From contig OX597824.1 in assembly GCA_951406725.2 (NCBI GenBank), positions 65,038,001 through 65,102,000 on the forward strand: DNA of 64,000 nt, in the 5' to 3' direction. The notes under the pieces are model-generated. The model searched no databases and was not told where the DNA came from. It saw nothing but the letters and a program-made list of their open reading frames with translations. The position numbers and the translations under genes are program-made. How positions within the stretch are numbered: the first letter of the stretch is position 1; each line of letters starts with the position of its first letter. The stretch is from Octopus vulgaris (Eukaryota). Positions 1 to 12,000 of the stretch are shown here, in pieces.

Positions 1-28
1 TGTACAGTGGTGTGCACGCGCGTGCATG

Positions 29-75
29 TACACACACACACACACACACACAGACAGACAGACAGACAGATAGAC

Positions 76-124
<49 letters not shown>
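29..124. repeat. Compound microsatellite (CA)n(GACA)n(GATA)n
   Basis: Directly visible. Confidence 0.95.
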
Positions 125-125
<1 letters not shown>

Positions 126-444
126 GCATAGTCACGATTTCGACTAAGGGGTGTCTCACTTACCAAAATTAATAACTGCTATATAAGCAAATTCTCTCGC
201 CAGGAGGTCACCGCGCCCATTTTTTCCACATATCAAGGGCACAGAAAGAATCTATTTACATTGTTACACAATATTAATTTATACATTTGGGATCTTGTAT
301 ATCTGGCTGCACAAGTTACAGAGGTTTAAAGTTTGAACATTTTTACCCAATCAGAAAACAGGATTTGGGAACTGTCATTTTGTGCGTCATTGCATTGCGA
401 CGATAGCATGTGTTTTAATATCAAACTGTAAACAAATGAAATAT

Positions 445-570
445 TGGCGAAATTCTGCTTTACGCATACCTCGTAACTTTTTTTAATTTTTTGGAATTTT
501 CAGAAAATTTTGGCGAATTTGTATTCTACACCCAGAAATGCATACGATTGTGAAAAAAAAATTTGGTGCG
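445..570. mobile_element. MITE terminal segment related to the 43128-43614 element
   Basis: Shares gaaattctg.tt..., cctc.taactt, aattttcaga and aatttgtattc with the terminal repeat at 43128-43250. Confidence 0.5.
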
Positions 571-1549
571 TGATTTAAGGCCTATTTCGCAGTTATTTTT
601 AGCACATCTCACGAACACGTTATAAAAAGGAACACGTGGTAACAGCTTGGCTTGTTACTATGGAAACAGGCACTTAGATGTATGTGGCTTTCGATTGACT
701 AAAATTACCCAAAATTTGCAAACTTTAAAAGCTATTACTCTATTGATTTATGACGAAAATGAATTTCATGTCAATAATCACAATACAAAACTACATCAAT
801 GCGCCAAATATGAAATCGATTGAAACAAAATTGAAGAAATTGAAAAGTGGCAGCCACACAATAGTAATTATAATTATACATAATTTGTATCACTATGAAA
901 GCTTTCATTAACTTGTATATATTTTTTAATTCTTGAAAACTGATACTTGACATTTTCATAAAGTTATACAAAACAATATAGTAGTAGTAGTAGTAGTAGT
1001 AGAAGAGGTAGTAGTTTCTTTTATTAGACACAGAAACATTGATGAGGGGACATCACAAGGACAGTCAACAATTTGTGTGGTTGTTTACAAAAAAGATAAA
1101 GAGAAGAAAATGGAAAAGGCAGTGATATGTGATAGAAGTAAACTAAGTATACAAATTATATGATAACATTAGTGATGTTGTCCTCCTGATATAGGAGAAA
1201 CTCCAACTTAGAGCAATCAAAGAACCCCACAGATCCAAGATTATCCTGACCACGAGACCTCATCCAACTCTTGTTCTCCAATTTATATGCGCGTGCTTTG
1301 AGAAGAGTCATTAATCCTAACCATTTTGCCAGTTAACCTTTCGCAAATTCACTGGGAGGTAGCATCTTCCTCTCCACCTTCACTTTCTTTTCCAAGTGGG
1401 ACTTAGGAAAAATCGATGACGTCTTGACCAGAGGGAAGCGTCTTATCTCAATCCTTTCAGCTTCGTCCGCGAAACAACCTCTTTCACCATAACCACTCTT
1501 GTGGGCGGTGTCTTTTTTTTTTTTTTTTTTTTGCTGTTGTTTCCACTTT

Positions 1550-1908
1550 TGTTGTTGTTTGTTGAGCGAAACGGTCTTCGTACCAGTGTGGGAGAAGTCT
1601 GAAACGTGGTCCTTTACTATTCGTAAGACCCGCAGAAGAGAAAGCAGGTCAACCCCCGACACCGAGAGCATCGACGGATGGATGAATGTGCATCCAGGCT
1701 CAGCGGTTGCGTAGGAAGTCGGGGATAAGAAACAGGAAGAAAGAGTGAGAGAAAGTTGGAGCGAAAGAGTACAACAGGGGTTGCCACCACCCCCCTGCCG
1801 GAGCCTCGTGGAGCTTTAGGTGTTTTCGCTCAATAAACACACACAACGCCCGATCTGGGAATCGAAACTGCGAGTCCGCTGCCCTAACCATTGGGCCATT
1901 GCGCCTCC
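1550..1908 (-). mobile_element. tRNA-derived SINE
   Basis: Minus strand: A box TGGCCCAATGG, B box GTTTCGATTCC, (CAA)n tail. Confidence 0.8.
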
Positions 1909-1999
1909 TGTTATTGTTGTTGTAGTTATGGTGGTGCTTCTAATCTTGTAGCTGGTATTGCAGTCATTGTTGCTGCTGTTGTTGTTGCTGCTGCTGTAG

Positions 2000-2960
2000 C
2001 GTTCGCAGTTAGGCTGTCTTCTTTCAGCTGTCATTTTCAGTTGTTCGGCGCAGAAGTCCTTGAGGCGATTAATATTTTCCACAGTTGTAACATCGAGGCC
2101 TTCTATCCTCCACTACCACCTGCAATCGCTGCTCTACTACGATCTCTATTAGGTCGAAGATTTTGTCTCGTGTTTCAGGCCTCACCTGAATCAAACTCTC
2201 TAACCCCTTTCTAAAACAATTCTTTCCAGCTAAAAGTGCAGTTCTGGTGGTTATATTTGAAAATTTTACTTGAATTAATCTCCGTTTTAGGTAAATCGGT
2301 ATGACTGCGACATCTTCAGTTTTCTGTGGGACAGTAGAGTGCCTGTGACATCAATGAAAAATAAACTGATGTATCCGAATTTATGGGCATGTCTCACAAA
2401 ACTTACGCCTTGACATATATGTTCCTTAAACAATTCAGTTTCGTCTGAAGGTATACACTCTAATTTGTCCTTTCGTTGGCATCCATACAGAATTGTTTTG
2501 TTTCTTTTTTTTGGGGGGGGGTCCCCTTTTTGATTTTAAAGTTTTCTGGTATATCGAGCATAGCTTTTCTTTTCATGTCTATTAATGTATCTCTGCTTTT
2601 TAAACGTTCGTGTATATTATTTAATGGGATATTGAACGCATCTATGATCTTTACAAAAGAATTACATTTTTCTTTTGAAGTTTCACTTCTGCCGCTGATA
2701 TTAGGATCATCGTTGCTGCTACCAATATTTTTTTCTTACAGATTGTGGGGTGGTGTTAATGCAAGATTTGCTAGTGGTTTTGTGAGCTTCTTTTGATGTA
2801 TTGTTCTTGCTGTTGCTACTATAGTTGTTGCTACAATTTTTAATTACTACGTCTGTAGTATTGTGATAGATGTTGACTGCGGAAAACGGTTTCACCTTCA
2901 AAAAACTCATACCGCCTTCCTCTCTAGCTCACTGGTCGACAAAGACGGCGCCATTTTGAA
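2000..2960 (-). mobile_element. Decayed non-LTR retrotransposon ORF1 (L1/Tx1-like) with degenerate zinc knuckle
   Basis: Frame TEDVAVIPIYLKRRLIQVKFSNI...IFDLIEIVVEQRLQVVVEDRRPRCYNCGK, then a frameshift into INRLKDFC (C-x2-C-x4-[R]-x4-C). Several stops and frameshifts. Confidence 0.6.
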
Positions 2961-3144
2961 ATTCTATATTTGCTTTTAAAATATTGCCACGTAACAAAGG
3001 CGGATGGTCACTCTCTTACAATTCTGATCAACTAAGAAACAAAGTAGAACAATGAAATCGGCATCTAAAAAAGGGGAAACAAGGCACAAACTCATATAGC
3101 TTTCAAAACGCGTTCAGTTTCAGCGATGAATAATAATATAAGTT

Positions 3145-3475
3145 TGGTATAAGGCCAGCAATTGAGGGGAAGGAAAGTTGATTACATCAATCACAATGCT
3201 TGACTGGAGATTTATCAACTTCGAGATGATATAAGACAAAGTCGATCTTGGCAAAATTTGAATTTAGAACGTATCAACCAGAAGAAATTCCATCAAGCTT
3301 TTCATCTGACGTGCTAACGATTCTGGCAACTCACCACCTTAATAATCCTTTCTGCTATAGCTACAAGGCCTGAAATTTTGTGGGGGGACGGGTCAGTTGA
3401 TTGCATCGCATCCAATGCTCAACTAATACTTATTTTATCGACCCCAAAAAGATGACCTTGGCGAAATTTGAATAA
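3145..3475 (-). mobile_element. SINE copies with Nin/Deu-like central domain (one near-full, one partial)
   Basis: Minus-strand head GGTGGTGAGTTGCCAGAATCGTTAGCACG and GGGGTCGATAAAATAAGTA segment. Same family at about 13355-13490 and 62600-62800. Confidence 0.65.
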
Positions 3476-3857
3476 TGAGCATAAAGGATCTATGCAGCCT
3501 ACACTGGACTTTTGCTTTTTTCTAACAAATTAAGCCAATGAGAAACAAATGGTTTCTTGTATAGGTAAGATATTCAAAATCAATGGTCATATTTCATGCA
3601 GAATGTTTCTATAAGCATTCTATAATTTTCAAGCTTAAATGAATTGGCATGTAAAATAAAATGTTACGAAAATAGATACAATGCAACGCTCGAAATAGAT
3701 CTGAACTGATAAATCACTGAGTTCACCAGATGAACACAACAATTAGGAGTAACCTAAGATGGTCTTACTCATGCATAATTCTTTTTCATGACAACTTAAT
3801 AAGCGTACTATATGAGACACATTTGTAAAATATATATTTTAATATTTTATATTAATA

Positions 3858-4140
3858 GGCGCAGGTGTGGCTGCACTGCACCTTAGGCGTCTTCCAGGCC
3901 AACCAAAGTCTTGTGAGTGAATTCGGTAGACAGAACCTGAAAGAATCTTGTGGCATGTGTGTGGTGTATATCACTGTGTCTGTGTTAGTTCCCCACCATC
4001 GCTTGACAATTGTCTGGCTTGTTTACATCCTGTAACTTAGCGATTTGGCAAAAAGAGACTTATAGAATAAGTCAAAAACAAGTACTGGGTCGATCTGTTG
4101 GAGCTAAACCCTTCAAAGCAATGCCAATGCCTGAAAAAGA
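3858..4140 (+). mobile_element. SINE (GGCGCAGG.GTGGCTG family), internally deleted
   Basis: Shares gccttgtgagtggatttggtagacggaaactgaaagaa-like core with copies at 18565, 45905, 51420 and 60580. Confidence 0.7.
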
Positions 4141-4147
4141 ATATGCG

Positions 4148-4183
<36 letters not shown>

Positions 4184-4949
4184 AACTTAGGTATATCTTG
4201 GACAAACATTGGCCCAAACCTCCTGTATTTGTATATTCATGTACTAAGTTCTATTTATTGTTCACCATTTACTGCATTCACTTTTATCTCCCATCTCTAA
4301 CAGTCTGTCACACTTCTTCCACACTGGTAAACCTGCCCACCTAGCTATCCTCAATTCTCTATCCCTATTCTATTTTCATCCACTATCCTGTACCTTGAAG
4401 GTGTACTCTGACATCTCATCACCATCATCCTTTCTACTTTCTTGATAGGGTAGCCAGTTAACTCCTCTACAATAAGACACTTTCCTGTCCCTCGATCATA
4501 CTTCAGCCTCTCAACACCTGGCATAAAGGTACCTCCCTCTCTACTGCAACCCCACTCAATCAAAGAGGCTTTTACTTTGTTTTGCAAGCTACTTGAGCAA
4601 GCACCTCAGTAATGCTGATGCCACAATAAAAGCACCCACTGTATTCTGTAAGTGGTTGGGGTTAGTTAGAAACAATGCCAAAGCAGAAATCGGAGCCCAA
4701 TGCAGTCCTCTGGCTAATTAGATTTTGTTGAACCGCCAAACCCAGCCAACAGGGAATACCATCATTCATGTTCATTAAATGATGATGATGACGATGCACA
4801 AATCTTACAAGATTAATACAAAAATTAAATTACAAATTAGCAAGCAACATTTTTTTTTAAATAATTGTGAATATAAAGGCTGAACAAAAGAAGAAAAAAT
4901 GCTGAAATATAGAGAGGAAAAAATATCAAACTAAACTTTCATTTCAAAA

Positions 4950-5357
4950 TTGTGTGGCACAATAAAAGTTTATTTACAAGAATAATTGGGGGGAAAGGTA
5001 AAAAAAAAAAAAAGATACATCTTTGCAACAAAACTAAACTTGTTAGTGAAGAATATTATAGAATATAGTTGAATTTTATAGTGGGTTTGGGTTTCAGTAA
5101 AATTATAATGAAACACTTTCTTCCCCTCAACCAGCTTTACAGATAACTTAATACATTAGACAACTCTTTTAGAGTCAATGAATAGTCTTACTGATACTTG
5201 CCTTATGGTGATTAAACAAACAGGTTCATTACTGTTCACAGACTTTCGTTTAGTCTAAGAATAAATAACAAAAAAATATTATCCCAATAATTAATGATAA
5301 AAAAAATTTTTTAGATACTAAATCACTGGCCCCAAACTTTCAACTTTTCACTCTCAG

Positions 5358-5423
<66 letters not shown>

Positions 5424-5600
5424 GAGCATAAATAGCTAAAAGTAAATTTATCTATTTCTTAAGAACTTCAAAATGGGAACATTTGTTAGTATACTAGCTT
5501 CAATTCTTGAAGACTATTTCTTTATGTCTTGTGTGTATGCTTGCGAATGCATATGTGCATAAAACTATGCATTTGTGTGCTCTACTTGTATATCTAAGCC

Positions 5601-5671
<71 letters not shown>

Positions 5672-7732
5672 GAAACCAAAGCTACTAAATAAGATATTTC
5701 TAGTTTCCAATCAAATATTTTATTTTATTTTCTTAAATGAAATTCAAAAACGCATTGGTCCTTTTTCACAACATATGAGTAAATACATGATGCAGCTTTA
5801 ATCTAAACACAGCACTTGACCAAGTTTCAAGTTTTGTAAAAAGAAAACAAGGAAATAATTTATTTAAAACATAGAATATAAAAATTATTCATTATTATTT
5901 TACTAAATTGTAAAACTATTTACCAATTTACAACAGGAGGAAAAAAATTCAACATCAGTTATCAAAGCAGAACTGTTTCAATAAATTTAGGCTGAATTTT
6001 TTCAATTGAAGACTTAGAAATGTTTTTAAGCTTTATCAAGTAAAAAAAAATGCCATTCAGTTAATTGCAATTAAATGTTTACTAATTTCAAATTGCTAAG
6101 TAATTCTTTATAATTTACTCATATCTATGGTTTATTTCTAAATTTTGCTTTTAATAACAACTTTTAACATCACAATGGAAAAGGAAATGAATTATTGGAG
6201 ATGGGTATATAAAAATGAAAATTGTTTTGCTTTTTTTCAGTTTTTCTTCTTCAAAGACAATGTTTAAGAAAGTAGTGAAAAAATTAAAACATGATTAGAA
6301 AAATGTTGTAATCTTTTGGTTTTTCTTTCTTTTTGTTTATTTGTTTATTTTGCTTATTTTTTTCCTTTGATTCAAAAGAAAAATTTTGTAATTTCCCCCT
6401 CTTATATTTTTGGTATTTTGAAGATTTTATTAGAAAAAATAAGAAAAGAAAACAAGATAGTATTATTTTTTTTACTTCTTTTTATACTTTTGCTGTTATT
6501 TTCTTACAAAAAATGCTTATTTGTGATGGTCATAATGAGAAGTTTCAGATGGTCAAAGAATCAGATGTAGGACAAAAATGCTTAGAGGTGTTGATGAGGA
6601 GGCATATATGGTGAAAATAGGTGTGAAATGTTGGAAGCAATTAAACACTGGCAGAAGTACATGCTAGTGAGATTAGTTCAACTAAATGCTGACATTCTGT
6701 GAAAGTATGTTTTTACCATTGTAAAGAGAAATGATAAATAAATTAAAAATGAACGATTGAAAAGATGAAGAAAACATTAGACATTATTAAAACATTCACA
6801 AAAAAATAGAATGTTACAAGGCCAGATTTATTAATAAATGAGAAAAAAAAAGAACTAAGAGGTTAATTTCTTTTTCTTGTGGGGAGAGGAATTAATTTTA
6901 GCTTTAGCTAGGTATATTATTCACGATGTCCCATATCCACATAGAAAAGGTATTATGATAAACCTATTTTCCATTAAGCAAGTGTTTTAAAATAAGAGAA
7001 TCTTATGTAAAGCAATAGCAAAATTAATTAAAAAATTAATTAAATGCAAAATAAAAAAAAAAATACAAACTAAACAATTGACAATATTTAATTTCTAATG
7101 AAAGAATATATCTACCCAGCTTTCTTAACTTACCAATAATGTTAAATTAAAAAAAGGAAGAAAAGGTTTTACCCATTAGCATTTGAAAGTTTCAATTCTT
7201 CATATAGTATATTGTCATATACGATATGTCATTATACTCAACCACTCTTAATTTTGTTCCTCATAAGTTTCAACAGTCAGGGATCATTGTTTAAATATAC
7301 TCCAAAGTTATGCATATATGAATAGTGACCCTAAGTAGAACGAGAGAGTACATCATGGCAATGTATCTAAAACAATTTGTTCATTTTCTTTTTCTTTTTT
7401 TTAACTAATCTCTATGGTCCAGTTTAATGGCTGAAGTATACAAATGTCACTGAACAATTAGTCAATATAGTCAGTTGTTTTTTTTTAAAAACAGAACGTG
7501 TACATTATGATAAGAACTAGGAGTTTTGTAACCCAAAACTATATGTTGATGGTAGAACAAAAAGATGTGATTGCATTAAATACAGTAGACTTACAAGGAA
7601 AATATAGTGAAATGAAAGAAATAAAGAGATGAGAGGGGGATTGCTTGGAATAGCAGCTAAAGCCAATATTAGGCAATGAGACCAAATTCCAGAGAAACTA
7701 TCACAAGAGCAAATGACCAAATGCTCCTCAGA
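4950..7732 (-). other. XPO1: Putative long XPO1 3' UTR
   Basis: U-rich on the minus strand, with no recognisable SINE until about 4.8 kb. Minus-strand AATAAA at 4969-4974, with others upstream. The 3' end is inferred. Confidence 0.45.
5360..5670. repeat. Two (TA)n microsatellites
   Basis: 5360-5414 and about 5603-5670. Confidence 0.9.
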
Positions 7733-7879
7733 TTAGTCTTGCATTTCTTCAGGAATTTCATGTGGACCAATAATACCAGGAACTGCCATCTGAATTTTCC
7801 GTTTTTCCTCTTGAGCTTGTCGGATAGAAGCTTCTCGTTCTTCCAAAAATAAATCACTGTTGTCTTCACCAGCAAATTC
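7733..7879 (-). CDS. XPO1: XPO1 coding exon 25 (stop)
   Basis: [48 protein letters not shown]; TAA at 7733-7735. Confidence 0.96.
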   Translation of the reverse strand, partial: EFAGEDNSDLFLEEREASIRQAQEEKRKIQMAVPGIIGPHEIPEEMQD

Positions 7880-9034
7880 CTATTTTAAATAATTAACAGA
7901 ATAAAAAACTCCATGATAAAGTGTGTTATGAACAAAAGCCACAGATCAATTAATTATTCTACAAAGAATAAAAACTTTTTGAGAAATAACTAATCTAAAT
8001 TACACTATTTCTTGATGATGTTTTGATGGAGGTTTTCTAAAACTAGAAATATTGTAAAATTTAAAAATCTTGAATGTTCCATTGCCATATATTGCTGTTC
8101 AAAAACACTACTTTTGTTTCGGTTTAATTTTTTTTTTAAATGAAGAATTTAGTAAAATAATTTAGTCATTATTAAGTCCATGTTTGAGATATACATCAAC
8201 ACAGAATTTATATGGTAGGTTTTTAACTTAAGTAACTTTAGAATAAGAAATTTATATTGCAGAACTAGGACCAGTCTTAAAGCGAGCTGGTATTAAAAGG
8301 GTTAAAACAAGATTTGAAAAACAGAATTGATAATGATTAAATAAATATAAAATTTAACTTACACGTATCTGCACCAAGAAATCCCTTAAATGTTCTTTAA
8401 AAGCTGGGATATCCTGATTGAAACTGAACAAGCCATCAATGAAAACTTTGATTTGGGGCCTGAAATAAATATAAACCATGCATTACAAATGTACAGATAT
8501 TATATCCACTGAAGAAAGTAGAAACTTAATCGATATGTGTAGCTATCAACGACACACCATAACCTCCATAATAGTTGAATTCCAGCATTCTTTAAGAATG
8601 ATAGAATTATAACAAGTTGGTGCTATCTCATCATGGTATGGGACACTAATGGTCAAAATTTATCCATGATGTAACCCTTAAAATATGATTTATAATCTGA
8701 AAAGGTTCAAACTATAATCCTAAAACAGCTGATTTCAAATCATGCTGATGTGGAAATACAATTAAAAAAATTTTTACATTCTGTTTGTGCATATTTGAAG
8801 ACAAAGACTGCTGATATTTCAGTACTTAAGAAAAAGGAATCTTATTTACAAAATAGAAAATAAGGGTATTATTCAGTAAAAAAATCTCAAGAGACAAAAC
8901 ATATCTATTCCTGTAGGGATCAGCTCTGTTTTCTTCCTAGCATAAAAATGGTGGGCTAATAGATAAACATAACTTAATGGGTAAATAAAACAAAACAGAA
9001 AGAAATCAAAAATAATTGGACAGTAAATATTCAC

Positions 9035-9081
<47 letters not shown>

Positions 9082-12000
9082 TCCTATGTTTTATTGGAAC
9101 ATGAAAATAAGTATATTTTTTTATCATAACCATTTACCAGTATAAAATGAATATTGTTTAATTAAGCCAAATAGTTTGTGCAACCATAATTTTCAGCAGT
9201 TTAAAATGAAAAAAACCCTTTAAGCTACCAGAATATAGCAAGATGTAAAGATGTAAGAAAATCATCAACAATATACACATTTATTCGATTCAATCAAATG
9301 GAGGATAATTTTTGTAATTTCCAGATGTTTCTGCAAATTACAAAAATACCTTCCATTTTAAGAATAATACCATTCACATTAAAATATTTTAAACATGAAA
9401 CCACTTGGAAAAATGTTATAGGCTGTACAGCCTTCATAAACATCTAGCCATATAAACTCAATAAAACAATTTTGAGATATATATATGTAATTTTAAATCT
9501 TTTTACTTACTCATTTAAGTGAGGGAAAGCTGCCTTTAAAAGATTCAGCAAAAATTGTTGAATGTATGTAATATTTTGTGTATTTTGTATATTAGGCCCC
9601 AAAGAAACTGTGACTTTATTTGCTTCAAGCAAGCTAAACATGTAAGCAAGAATAGTTGCATGCATTGTCAAACCTACAAAAGAAAAAAACATTTACATAT
9701 CAATAAGCAATTACAAAAATGTAATATCATCAATAAACAAGTTGCATTTATTAATCAACTACAAAAGATTTAACTCAGTAAAAGTTTTAAAAAAAACTTA
9801 ATCTGCAAGGGTATCTTTGCGAGTGTGTGTGTGTGTGTGTGTATACACACACAAGATATATATGAGAGGGTGCTGAAAAGTTCCTGATTTTAAGGGTTTC
9901 GTGAAAGGGCTGGTTGAAGGCCCAGCCTTCTGAGTTCATTTAAAGGGCATAGAAAAATTGAAGGACCACTGCAAAAAAGTGTGTAAATCTGAGAGGGGAA
10001 TATGTTGAACAAAATCATGATTAACTGATCCTCCTTATTTTCTTTTTACCCAAAGCCAGAAACTTTTCAACACATGAGAAAATTAAGAGGCAGCTAACAA
10101 ATTATCACTTATAATTGAAAAAACTGACAAACATCCCCCATAGCTGCTTCAACTCTAGACCTTCAGAAAACCAATTAAATCAAACTAAAAACTATTTGAA
10201 AGTCGAGGCATTTCAAGATACACAAAATAGGTGTTCAACTCCAGTATGTTGAGTAAAAGGTTGCAAACTGGTTTGCAGCCATTTACTCAACATGCAGGAA
10301 GTGAACACCCACCCAGCACATCCCGAACCACCTCTGAAGAGATTCAACTCTCAAACAATCTTCAATCTAATCCAATTAACTCTCTGAAAGTCTGAAATTG
10401 AAACAGCTGCAAGGGATGCTCATCAATTTCTTAGTCAATAAACAACAGTCTAACAATCACCTATACATTTTCTCAACTTATTACAATAAATAAATATATA
10501 TAAACCACAATTTATATAGTTACCTTGCAGTTGAGTATTAACTGTAATGTTTTATATTCTTTGTATAGGTAACTAACAAGTACTTTTATAGGATTTGGCT
10601 ATCCCTGAAAGAGGTTTGTAACCTTTATTTGTGTATACACACACACACACACATCAAATGGATCTGTTATAAAACTATTCCACACATACAATAACAGCCA
10701 TACCAACAATCCAGCATACCTCCATCATCAGCTGCCCCACAGATATCACTATGGTTTCGACACCTGGACAGAACCATTCAATCTGGCAGTGTCAACAGCA
10801 CTAAAATAAGTGTACCTTTTAATAAATTTACTGGAGGGCAACACCTAACTCTCCACCCTCACCTTCCTTTCAAGTGGAACTTAAAAATCTAAATGAGAAC
10901 TTAACCAAAGAGAAAAGTGCATATCTATAGTTCTTTCAGTTGTAGCCACATCGCCACCATACACAGGAAAACTGCTTACCTTTCCAAGGCAAAGGAAAGC
11001 AGTGGGGCAAATAGTCATGTCTGTGTTACATGCAACAACAGATGTTTAACAAAAATCCACAAGTCAACAATGCTCACACTGACACCTGAAAGAAAGCATG
11101 TTTAATTTCTGCAAGTATTTCCAACAGGCCTGCTAACAATAATTCCATGCCTGTACTGTTTGTTATTGAACTGCCATGTCAGGGGTTTCTGGAAATTATC
11201 CATAATCTTCAGGTCATAATTAACAACTACATTATTTTGTGAAATCAAATGCATTTGTAAAATTTTAAAGTAATTACCCTTACATAATCAAATGAATGAG
11301 AGTTGAATTCTGAATTTAGACATATTACATAGTGTGAAACTCGGTTTTGCTTCCCAATTCTTTAACCTTTTTGATACCAACCTGCCTGAAACCATTCCTG
11401 GTTTTGTGATACAAACTGCCTGCTTTAAAGTGATCTAAACTAAAACCTTAAGCTGGTGTTCCAAACACCAGCTTAATAAAGACAAAATTAATTGATACAA
11501 AGGCAATGTATTTCAAAGGAAATATGTTAACAATAGGGTTAAGAAATATGAAGAAAAAAATGCCAAGTAGATTTGGTCAAAAGAAGGATAGAAGTTATAA
11601 GAACAATTTTAATAAACTAGGTGCCACTTACCAGCAGTATGTGAACTATCTGTAACAACTGAAAATATATGTTGTAAGATATCTGTAAAATAAGTTTGGT
11701 AGAAACTTTGCGCTGCATTTTCATGTTGTGCTACATTTTGCAACAACGTATAAAGTATATCAAGCCCAATATCGGCCACATTCCTCATTGTATGCTTGAA
11801 AGCCCAGATAATTGAATCCAACACCAATTTGAATTGAGCTGGAGGAATATCCAATAGAGCTGGAAGTAAAAAAAATAACAAAATAAATAAGAAATCTCAA
11901 CTGCAAAGCAAAAAAAAATATATAAAATGAAAAGCATTTGGCCCTTTCAATACAGACCCACCCAAGACTATCCTATATTCTTGTTATTAACACCACATGC

